DNA from: Zygnema circumcarinatum SAG 698-1b
Lineage: Eukaryota > Plantae > Zygnematophyceae
Reading direction: 5' to 3'
Length of the DNA stretch: 64,000 bases
NCBI GenBank assembly: GCA_037447605.1
Contig: CM074808.1
Location: forward strand, 1,178,001 to 1,242,000
Both the position numbers and the translations under genes were made by a program. Below the pieces are notes generated by a model. It was given only the letters and a program-made list of their open reading frames with translations, ran no database searches and was not told the DNA's origin. Below, piece after piece: positions 11,195-22,446 of this stretch; position 1 is the stretch's first letter; each line of letters begins with the position of its first letter.

Positions 11195-12554
11195 GTGCCG
11201 CGTTTCCGGGTCCCGCCAGCAGGGGGGGAGGGAGGGAGGGCCGTACCTGACGACCGGACGCCCGGCCGCCCATCCGCCCGGCGGGGCGGGGCGGGGCGCC
11301 ATCAAAATGAACATTCAACAACGCGCCGCGTCGCCGCCAATTTGCTTCGAGCTGCGACCTCGACCGGCGGTCACCGCGGTCGACGGCTGCGAAACCGGCC
11401 CGGCGACCGGCGTAGTGCCACCAGTAGGCCTGGCCGGTTGTACGGAAATTACAATTTTTTCGTGCCATTTTTTCCCCAGCCACCAGCGCCGCGCGTGGCG
11501 CCGCGCTCGCCCTCGCCTCGAGGGAGGGCGCTTGCGACCCGGCCGCCGTGCGGTCCTCGTGGTTCCACGGGGAAGTGACATCACGGACGCGGACAGCGCC
11601 TTTCAAAAAGTCGGCAGCCCTCTGCCGGCAGGGCAGGGCAGGGCTGCATGACGCCATGTACTGTACGGTACGGTACGGTACGCGCGTCGGTCGCGGCGTG
11701 CGTCGGGGCGGGGCGGCTGGGGGAGGGAGGGCTGCTGCAGGCGGCGCCGGATTGGGCGGGAGCAGAACCATCGCCACGCTCGACACTTCTCCATCGTCAG
11801 GCAATTCCGCACAGTTGTATAATCTAAGGTTCTGTGAAATGTGTATTGTAATGCAACCTGTTCAAGGGAAGAGAGAGGGACTTCGATCATTCATCTGCAG
11901 AAAAAGGCCGGCATACCATTCTGTATTGGTTAGCTTGACAACAATCTGAACTCACTTAACATTCTGCATGTGTTTGTTAACCCAAGAAGAAACAATAACA
12001 TTGCAGGATGTAAAAGATTCGCCATAATAACTTAACGGCTATCGCTTGATTCATTCGAACATTTTGGCCATATTGAAGTACATGAGCCTTCGTGCACTCG
12101 CAACATTACAGGACTCTGCATGCGCATCTTGATGCCGTCAGTCTCGCCTACAAATACTCGTTCAGCGGTGATGGAAAGTTATGAAGGCCACCCTTCTTGC
12201 ATTTCTTGGCTCGTGTCGTGTACGGGAACAGCCTACCGGGCAGTCATGCTGGCAACTTCAGTATCGTCAAACGCGCTAAACCAACATTTGTTTGCGCATC
12301 AAACACAAAGCGAAGGGGGGAATTATGCTGCTGTTAGTTTCATGCATCTCGCTGCTGCACGTTTGAGATCTTTGACCCTAGCAACGACCGGTCGTATCCA
12401 TGTATCGTATCGGCATTCCTCGGTCCTCAGCCGCTCTTGAACATCGCGCGCGCACGCAGGTCAATGCCTTGTGTCCCAAGCAACGCAAAATGATTAGTCG
12501 CAAATAACTAGTCGCCTGTCAGATTTCAAAACAAAACATGCATAGCCAGATGGC

Positions 12555-12682
12555 TTGACTAACAAATAAACTCTTCGCCGAGGTAAGTGACTAACGACAT
12601 AATTCCAAACCGGAGATAGTTACTAACCAAACGATTCGTAAAGGGGCCATATTGCTAACAACACGAGTCCTAGCCAGAGGAT
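12555..12682. repeat. Degenerate 32-bp tandem repeat, four units
   Basis: CTAAC occurs at 12559, 12591, 12623 and 12655 (exact 32-bp period), with partial similarity across the rest of each unit. Confidence 0.6.
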
Positions 12683-14430
12683 TGGCATTGACCTCACTAC
12701 AGCGATCCCGTCCAAGGTACATTCAGTAGTCTAAAATCAGCACGGAGAACCGCGATCCAACGGTCACGAAGGACCGGAGAACGAACGAAAATAGCTATAA
12801 GCAGACTCGCGTAGACTCTGCTTCTCGCCCCAACAACAACACGGCTCTAGAAGCAGCCGACAAGCGCTGTGCGGCGAGCGCCGTCCGGCCGGCCGGCGAG
12901 GGGAGGGGACCAGGATGCCCAGGCGCCTCCCGCTCCGGGAGCGGTCGGCCGAGGGAGGGAGGGAGGGAGAGAGGGAGGGAGGGAGGAAGAGAGGAAGGGA
13001 GGGAGCGGGGCGCAGTGACAGTGGGGCTCGCCTTGGCTCGGCTCTCGCTCGCTGCGCAGAAAGGTCGAGGCCTGCCTCGTGCGGCACCGCGGCAATCGCA
13101 TCGCGCACAGGCAGACAGACGGACAGCACTGTCCATGAGCCAAAGGGCGCTCACGGCCGCGCGTACACTGAAGGAGGCGGATGCTCTGCACATCAATCAC
13201 ACAAGCAAAAACACATTAAGAGCCAAAAGACGCGCCCAGGTTGAGACGAAGAGTAGAAAAGATAACGGTGGCAGTCAATCAAGCCCAGCGCCAAGACTTG
13301 CACAAGATCGTAGGGGTAAGCAAGGGGTAATAGCTAAGTAAAACATTACTATAGAAAAGCGTAGAAGGTAAACGTGAGGAACACATCCGTTTAACATGCG
13401 GGAAGTGACCAGCATGTCTGAATGAGAGTCACGTTTGTCACATATCCTTTTAATTCCTTTTGTTTAGTCGTTCTTCAGTAAGTCGTAATTGATGGCGATG
13501 GCTTTCCTTATTGGTAATTAGTCTACGGCTATGATTTTTCCCTTCAAAAATTGGCTGATGGCGAGTACTTATTCAATGATGGAATGAGGCTCGGTTAGGA
13601 ATGTCCCACTATCAATTTCCACCTCTAGTTCACTGAATCAAAGCTGAAACCGGAGGGACTTCTTGGTCTGTGGGAACCTACACAAAGAATGGGGCAGTGT
13701 GGGGGGTAATAGGGACTTCAGGGAAATTTAGGAATCCCACGAATTTTTGTTAATATAGACAAGACTGTAGGGGTTCATTGCGAGCGGCTTTTGCACGATA
13801 CAAGAGGTTTCCCAGGGCCTATCCACCATTGGATTTAGTCAAGTCGAAGTTATTGGGCTAGGAGGTTCTGGTTTCAATCTTGGTTTCGCCTTAAATTTTT
13901 AGCAGAACGCCAGGAGATGCTGCACAACGTTTCCAGCGAAGCCCGCCTTTAACCACCCTTGGCTAACCAAAAATCCACCATTGGCCATTCGGACGACGAA
14001 CAGTGTGTGGTTGGACCTTCGAATTAATGTTCATTTTAAGACTTTCAGACATTCTATAACGACCATTGATACAGGAGGATAAAGGGTCAAAAAGTGAACG
14101 CCATATTTATCTGGATATTCTCACATACCATAGGAAGGTTCTACATAGGAAAAACCTCATTAGCTATCACAGGGATAAAAATACACCCGAGGACATTTCT
14201 TGCTGCATTTCTCTCAACTGCAGGACGCTTGAGAGAGTCAGTAACACCTCCCACTGACCTATGAGCTTACGTTCACTTATTCCCAGCAGGCCAAAAGGCC
14301 ACCACCTCTCCTTCGGTTGCAAGCTGAGAAGTTATTGCTCTCATATCCCGCAAACGCTCTGCTGCCTTCACATACGATCTGTGAAGAAGTTTCACTTAAC
14401 CAATCTTTAAATTCTCACAAGGTGGACATT

Positions 14431-16610
14431 TTACGAGGTATGCTTTGCCTGGAAAGACTTCATGTGCGCCACAAGCTTCTGCACTCCCTCCATTGGCATG
14501 GCATTGTAGATGGATGCTCGCACACCACCAACGGAACGGTGCCCCTTCAACTGCACCAGCCCTAATGCTGTTGCTTCCTTCAGGAACTCCGCCTCGAGCT
14601 CTGGGCTGCTCATAGTAAATGGCACATTCATAAGCGATCGCACAGGTTTTGCCACAGGACACGTATAGAAGCCGTCGCTCTCATCAATAGCCTGTCATGA
14701 TACCCAGGCACGGTCAGAGAGAACGATGGCTGCAATTACGGTGATATACCTCTTTTAAACAAGACAGAAAAGAGAGAATTGAGGACAGCACAGATGCCAA
14801 GTTGGAACAGGCAACTATGGGAGGAGGCAATAACCACGACGTCTGACAAGATGAATGATTTCCCATCCCTCAACTCAATCCTTCTCTCCCAGCCTACCTG
14901 ATACAATAGAGCTGCTTTCTCCTCATTCCTCTTTGCCACGGCTTCCAGCCCTCCTTGCTCCAACAGCTCCGCAAACACCAGGCCGCAAATATAGATTGGA
15001 AAGCACGGAGGCGTGTTGTAGAGAGATTCATTCTCCCACTGTGTTTTATAGTCCAGCATAACTGGAGTTTGTGGTTGCGCATTTCCGAGAAGGTCCTTTC
15101 TGGCGATCACAATTGTCACACCTGACGGTCCCACATTCTTTTGTGCTCCCGCATAAATCAGGCCGAACTTGCTCACATCTACAGGCTTGGAGCAGAAGTT
15201 GGAAGACATGTCGGCCACCAGCAAGGCATCACCCACATCTGGATAGTCCTTGAACTCAACGCCCTGGATAGTTTCGTTGGCGCAAATGTGAACATATCGA
15301 GCTCCTGGAGTCAGTTTCCAATCGCTCTGATGAGGAATGTCAGTGTATTTTCCAGGCTTTCCCGTCACAGCCAGATTGGCCGTACAGTACTTCTTCGCTT
15401 CCTTTAAGGCCTTGTCACCCCAAGAACCTGTCACAACGAAGTCCGCAACATCGTCGGGCTTGCAAAGGTTCAAGGGGATTGCAGCAAACTGAGTAGTTGC
15501 TCCTCCTTGCAGGAACATCACTGCATACTCATCGGAAATATTAAGCAGAGCTCGAAGGTCTGCTTCTGCCTTCTTGATTATGGAGAGGAACTCTTTGCTG
15601 CGGTGGCTCATCTCGGCCACACTAATTCCACTGCAATGCCACCACCAACACCAAGTGTGGCAAAATACGTGAGAACAAAACTAAGAAAAGGGCAGGAATT
15701 TGACAGCGTGATGCGTTACAAGCTAATACAGTACTTATGTCTGCTGTAACCGTCACATACGTAGTTATTTAATGTAACAGATTTTGGCAAAGTCCCTTCA
15801 ATATCCTACGTAGGTCATGCATTTCCTACTTTCAGTATCGGCAAATACCGAGGATAAAAAGAAGGCTGGCGCCCTTTTCTACACCTCAAAAGGCTGGAAT
15901 AATTGCCATAGATACCAATCGGGCCAAAAGTGATGAACGACCACAAGAGTGAACCGAATCTTAAGTTCTCTACCAAAGAAAAAACGCATCTCAGGACCAG
16001 AAGTCCAGGCATGGTCCAAAAAGCTGGAACATGCCAGACCGGACCTTTACTGAACAGATGAGGCACAACATGACAGGAATCCTCAACCGCAAGATCTCCA
16101 GCATTGAGTCAAACGTGATCGTATTCACTCAGCCAGCAGATACAAAATACCGCATCAAGCACGCTTCATGCAGGTCGGAACAAAACAGTGCAGAGATCGA
16201 AAACCCAGAAAAACAAAGACAAACAAAAGGGAGCTTACTTTCACATCCTAGCGACAGTAAAGGAGCCTAGTCCCTTACCAGCCATGCCAATCCAGAAGCT
16301 CCTCCTGAGCGCGCTTCAGCACCGTTGTAGGAAGCGTGGCCGGTCCTGCCGCGAAGTTGTACACCTTCTGCGCAGCCTTCTCTTCTGCCTGCACCCCTGC
16401 AGCCGCCGGAGCGGAAGCGGCAGCCACGCACTGAGGCGAGAGAGCGCTCCTCTTCTCCGCCACCACCACAGGGGCCTGCCTCCTCCCGACTGCCAGATGC
16501 TCCCCGCTGAACGCTGATCCATACCTCACTCCATTGCCAGAGGAGGCCTCCAGCGCGCCATGCCCAGCGGGCAGGTACCTCGTGATCTGAGCACTGAAAG
16601 CTACCGCCAT
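14431..16610 (-). CDS. PSAT: Phosphoserine aminotransferase, plastid-targeted, 3 exons, 441 aa
   Basis: Exons 16610-16279, 15630-14898 and 14691-14431 join in frame with GT-AG borders. Motifs [39 protein letters not shown] (PLP lysine), LYNTPP and [17 protein letters not shown]; Ala/Ser-rich transit peptide. Confidence 0.97.
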
Positions 16611-16983
16611 GGATGCTGTGCGCGTTGGGGGCGAGCAGGGCGACAGGGAGGCGGCGGGCTCTCGCTCGCTCTGACAGAGGAGACGGCAATGGCGGCGGCG
16701 ATATTTTGGCGAAGTTTGTCCCCGGAGACAGGCACTGCCTACGGCCCTCCCCCCCGTACCCTCTCCAGATGGAAGCTTCTCGGAAGCTCACATGTACCAC
16801 GAGATAGCGTTGGAACACGCGGAACAGCCGTTTCACGAAACTGGAACTGTAACTAGTAGAAGAGTTAGAGAAAGATACGTGCATGTAGCAGTTGAACGGG
16901 GGTAAAACGGGGTACATGGAGACTTGAAGCAAGGCCCGAAGGAAAGGGCTTGGTGGATGGATGCAAGTGCCACGCTGAGCGCC

Positions 16984-19967
16984 ATGGCGCAGGCGGCAGC
17001 CATGGCGGGGGCCTGGAGGGGCCTGGTGGCGCGAAATTTGGTGGAAGTCGACGCATTTGGGGAGGTGGTGGAGGGCCACCGGCGGCTGCAGTGGCAGGCG
17101 GAGGAGCTGAGGTCGCGCAGTGAAGCGCAGGAGAAGGAGATAGCAGCACTGCGGCAGCAGGAGCAGAAGCTCGCTGCGGCACTACAAGACAGAGTCCAGT
17201 CTGCTCTGCGGGTAAATTTGATACCCGCTGATTATGGGGAAGGAAACTGATTACCATGGTATGAGTTTTGATGGAAGTTGGTTTGTCTATAGGGTCACCG
17301 CCTGTTAAAGCAGGGGACAAGGGACATGCTCGTTTTGTTTTAATCTGCATGTCCTTGCCCAAGCTGGCTCCCTGTATTTTTTAAGGCTCCCAAATGCTCA
17401 AGGAATTTTGCAAAGACCTGAAGTGCCAAGCCTAGTGGAGGATTTTCCGCAATCAGGGCAGGAAAGAGCCCTTACTATCTCTGCCATGGGGCGCAGGGTT
17501 CTCATGCACGGCCTTCTGGCGGTGGCAGGCCCCTGAGCTTGTGGCTCTGCAACAAAAGGTGGAGAAGCTGCAAGAGGAGCTGAGCAACTGTTATCGCAGC
17601 AATGCAGCCTTGTCTCAGCAACTTGTGCAGACCACCACTACTCTGCAGGCGCTGAAAGAGGATGCGGACCATAAAGGAAAGCTCGTGTTGGAGTATCGAG
17701 AACGACACGAAGCGGCAAGGTATTTACCGCTTCGCATTTGTCACACGATTCGGAACAAGCAAACCTATTGTTGTCAATCAGCTCTTATTTTCAACGTAAA
17801 ATTTTCTTTCTGTAAAATGCTTGGTTCCTTTGTTCCCAAAGACTCTAGTTATTGTGCCTATGTGCAGCATCTAGTTTTCCTATTAGAGTTCTAGAGGATG
17901 AAGCTAGCACACATCACACATATAGCAAAAAGGAGAATTCAATTCTAGTGCTGCAAGAGACTGCGTGAAATGACGACAAGCAGAGAAAAAGAATCATATA
18001 ATCAGAGATGTAACCAAACCCAGCTCGACACTCATGGAGGATGACGTGAAGTTGACAATACACGTTTTCTCTTTCTCTTAGGGGTAATTCATGTGGTGGG
18101 ATTGGTTCAGATTGTGAACCTGTGTGGCAGGCTCTTTCTGGGTGCCGTGTTTTTGAAGAGTGAAGCTTTCTGAAATAAAGATATGTTGAATGTGCAACTC
18201 TGTCAAGCTAAAGATAGTCTGGCACCCTGATTTCAAATGCAGAAATCAGTCAATTGATCAATGAACCACAAAGTCTTATAAAACACTATCATCGGTGACA
18301 CTTAAAGTCTCTATACTGTAGACAAGACGGATAGTGCAATCTTCTTAAGTTTATCCGGAGAACTATCTGTAAACATGAAGTGTTCTAGACAGGGAGGCGC
18401 AAGTGGGTAGTTGATGAAAGTAGTAATGCCTTCGAAAGCGGCTCCAGTACGGGAATAATGTCAGGCTCTTGGCCGAGTTTGGGGTTTCCGCAGGTTGAAG
18501 ATTGAGGAGATGGAGGTGGTGGCGAGGGAAAAGGATGCTGCCGTTGAACTGGCAGCACAGGAGGCTGCCCGTTGCCGCGGGGAGGTCCTAGAAGTGCAGG
18601 CAAAAATGCGGGAAATGGAGACTGAAAACAAGATGCTGATTGGCCGATGGATGGAACTGAAAATGAAGGAGGCAGAGAGGATTAATGAGGTGAATGCGTT
18701 CAGGAAGCGGATATGCACAGAGAGGAAGTGATCCTGCCAATAAATCTACTTTAAACGTTTGTGCCTGAAGTCCATTCTTCTGAATGTCAGGGATTCAGGT
18801 CCATGTCACTTCGGATGCTCTCTGGAGGATCCAAATGTGTGAATGCTCTCACTGGCGGAACCCTAGAAAGCAGGTTTTTTTTTCACTGGCATTACTTTCT
18901 TCTGCTTACCGTTTCCAAGGTTCTTCTCTACTATGGGTTGCATGCAGGCGAATGCCATCTACGAAGACATGATTGAACGGTCAAAAGCGGGCCGACTGGA
19001 AGAGTTGGCAAGGGGCCAAGTCGACGGGATTGTGAGGCGCAGCGAAGCAGGGGCAGAAGGCTTCCTTGCAGGAGGGCTGCCAACGAAGGTCCGCCATGCC
19101 CTTGCTCATGAAGGGGGATGTGCTGCCCTAACCTTCGACATGGTGGGCAATCGACTCTTCAGTGGCGGGCATGATCGAATGGTCCGAGTATGGGAGACGG
19201 TCAGTAAGGAGCCAAAGAGCACCCTCCGGGGATGCCTTGGGGCAGTGTTGGATTTGGCGGTCACTATTGATGACCGGATGGTGCTCGGTGCGAGTAGTGA
19301 CAGCCGCCTCTATTTGTGGGATATTTCTAGTGGTCGCATTCGGCACAGTCTGACTGGACATACGGAGAAGGTTGTGGCTGTGGATACTAGTAAGGCTGCT
19401 GTAAACAGGGCCGTTAGTGCAGCTCATGATCGCACGCTCAAAGTATGGGACTTGGAGCGCGGATACGGCGTCTCTACAATGGTGTGTCATAGCAACTGCA
19501 ACGCTCTCTGCCTCACTGCAGATGGGTCAGCTGTGTGCTCAGCCCACATGGACGGAAATCTTCGTGTGTGGGACATGCGCTCCGGCAGGTTGACTAATGA
19601 GATTGCGTCCCATGCATCGGTCATCACCTCTGCTGTACTCTCGCGCTCGGGCATGACGGTGCTTACTTGTGGCCGTGACAACATTCTAAACGTTTTTGAC
19701 GTGAGAAGGTTCAGCATTCAGAGCACTCTGCGCGTGCCCGGACTGCGGATCGCTACCAATTGGAGCCGAGTGTGTCTGAGCCCTGACGAGAGATATGCTG
19801 TTGCGGGGTCTGCTGATGGCGCCGTGTTCATTTGGAACATAGCCACTGCAACCCTGGACAGGACACTCGAGTCACACTCTTCAGCTGTTGTGACATGTGT
19901 GTGGAGTGACAAAGGGCGTCCTTTAGCCACAGCAGATAAAGCGGGGAGCATCCTTTTATGGGACTAG
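16984..19967 (+). CDS. ATG16: Autophagy protein ATG16 (coiled coil and WD40), 4 exons, about 544 aa
   Basis: Exons 16984-17211, 17529-17719, 18494-18689 and 18948-19967 join in frame. Plant ATG16 signatures ETENKMLIGRWMELKMKEAERINEAN, QVDGIVRR and AHEGGC, followed by WD40 repeats. The start Met could instead be at 17002. Confidence 0.95.
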
Positions 19968-21319
19968 TAGAGACACGCTGGTCTCCCTTTGTATCATTGA
20001 CATGTGCATATTAGATTCAGATGTGTTGTCGCTCACTTCATGGAGCTGTGATATATATTTGGAAATAGCTGGTGGTTAAGTGGAGAGTGAGCCTACCTTT
20101 AGTCTTAGATTTGAGTCTAGAACTCTAGTCGCATGGACTGCATGCGCGTTGATGCGTTGAAGTACACGTGTGGACAGCAATGTATTGGCATCGAGGAGCG
20201 TGGAAGGCTGGGGCCGCTCATTCGTCGCAAGAGGAGTTGGGACATGGCCGGGATTTTAAGTGGTGTTTGAAAGAGCAGTCAGACGTGGAATCCATCTTCA
20301 AAATCCGGGAAATCAGAATACATAAGTGAATGTGAATTGGTCACAAATGACCCATGAGCAAGACGGAGGCTTTGAGCGGAACTAAGCTTCTATCCTTAAC
20401 ACGCGACTCTACAAGCAGAAAGCAAAGGTCGCCAACAGGGGGTTCCAATCCGTGACGTCAATCCGTCGACAGAAAGTGGCGACTGGACGGACGGTGAATC
20501 CAGACGCCGGTCGACGCTCGGTTCCAGCGAATCAGCGTTCCTCAAAGCGATCTTCCGCCCGTCATCTTCTTTTTTTAGGGTCACAGACATGCCGATTTTT
20601 CTGGATTTTTAGGGTTTAAAGGGTTTTTAGGGTTTTTAGGTTTTTCATCTACGAGTTCAAGGATGTTCCACAATATGCACATCAGCGTTGACTCCACTTT
20701 TATTGAATGCTTCCTGTATTATTTCTCTTTTCCATGTATTATTTTGATCTGCTCTTGTTATTATATTATATAGTACAATGACACCACCAATGCTTTGTCA
20801 TGTACATGTTTTTTTGTCGTTGTTGTTGATAGTTTTCTTGCGGTTATTCGTGTCCCCAAAATACCTGGTGAGTACAAGTACAACAAGTAAGCCAGTAAGT
20901 ACAAGTACAACAAAAACATAGACATATGAAGGTTAGTGTTGTACACGTACATAGTGTTGTCGATGTTGTCGTTTCACGAAAATAGCGAACCATGCTCGTC
21001 GAGCTTGAGCCAACCGAAACTTTACGGCGGATTAAATGTCGATGTTTAGGTTAAGGTCAGGCTGGCGCCACACCTGGCACGGGCCCGTCAGCGGGTTGCC
21101 GCGCACCAGAGGGTCTTCCCAGAGAAGCAGCGTTGCGATTGGTGGCGAGGACGACGAAACAAGAGACCAGCGAACTGCACATGTCGTCCAACCGCTCGAC
21201 TGCCGTCAGCCCGCGTTTGACAGAAGTTGAAGGCCAGGTTCAGCCTCTTCCAACCGTTCGGAGGGACCCTACGTTTGCAGCGCCGCGCTCAACGGCTCGA
21301 CTCCCTCAGTCCCTCGGAG

Positions 21320-21755
21320 GAAGGAATCAGCTATATCAAGGCATAGGGGTGGGAGCGATAAACATGGAAAGAGAGAGAATGAGAGCGAGAGAGAGAGAGA
21401 GGGACGAAACTCACACGTTGCAGAGTTGATTTTACTCGAGAAGGCTAAGTTAAACCAGAATGCGAAAGGGCATGAGAGGTTAAGATTAAATCATTTTAAA
21501 TAAGATTGCTTGAATGAAGGACATAGGAAGGAAAGTGATCTTACGCCTCCTACTGGAATTCAGAAGGAGGGCGGAGAGACGCCCTGCAGATGAACAGAAG
21601 CGGTAAAGCTTCTGTTTGAAAAAGTGTGGAGATTTTAAACCGCGGAAGCCTCCGTTGGCGTGCGGTCTGTAATCTTTGACGAGTCTTGGAGCAGAAGGCG
21701 GCGGTCTGCTCCACTTGGCGCTCTGCCAGGGGGAGAGAAGCAGGTGAGAGAGCGA

Positions 21756-21805
<50 letters not shown>

Positions 21806-21820
21806 CAGAGAGAGAGAGAG
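21320..21820 (-). repeat. Dispersed ~500-bp repeat; inverted homologue of 38120-38610 (ZIP2 leader)
   Basis: Colinear similarity of roughly 80% by eye, including the GA/TC tract, GGAGATTTTAAACCGCGG and CTTACGCCTC. Confidence 0.82.
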
Positions 21821-22446
21821 GGGGAGAATTTTGAACAGCCAAAATCTTGGTACCGTAATTTCACAAAATCGAGATCCTCTGACCGACAAAGGCAGCACGA
21901 CTTGACTTCGGTCACCTAATAGGGGGAGTCGGACCTTGACCATAGCTTAGAGATTGGAAGGTTCTAATTCTGAAATCTAAAACTCTAAAAGTCCCTTGTA
22001 CGATTTTTTTTGCCATCCCTATCCCGGAGTGCGAGCAGGCGCGATCTAACGGTTGGGCGGCAACGGTTGGCCCCGCGGCCTGTAGGGAGCTTGACCGGGG
22101 GGGCCCGCCCGGGCGGGCGGCCCTGAGCGGGCCACGCCGGCACCGACACTCCGCCGCGTGGCGCGACGGCCTCCACTGGGTGGGCTGGAAACGGGCCCTT
22201 CCGTACTAAGCCGTACAGTTGCCACTGGGGGACCACCGTAGGGACCGTTCACTCGGGTCGTAGGCCACTGTCGGTACGGCGTGTGCAATGATTGCCAGAC
22301 TACCGAGGAGGTTGAGAAATCGAACATTTATTTACTTCATTGTTCAATGGTCTATTGGAAAAACAGCAATAGTGCACTTTCAGGTAGAGCGTTTGAAAGC
22401 GTCGCATCGGATGGTTTGGAACTCCTCGCACGGCGTCACCGAGTGA

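Noticed and set aside
10150-13350. Many overlapping 100-230 aa ORFs in GC-rich sequence (also at 1400-1950, 31100-31700 and 62200-63300)
   Set aside because: Low-complexity Arg/Pro/Ala/Gly translations expected from high GC content; no consistent splice structure or domain.
13400-14050. Minus-strand frame with protein-like composition broken by stops (ELEVEIDSGTFLTEPH...)
   Set aside because: No recognisable motif; it could be a relic but cannot be supported without a translated search.
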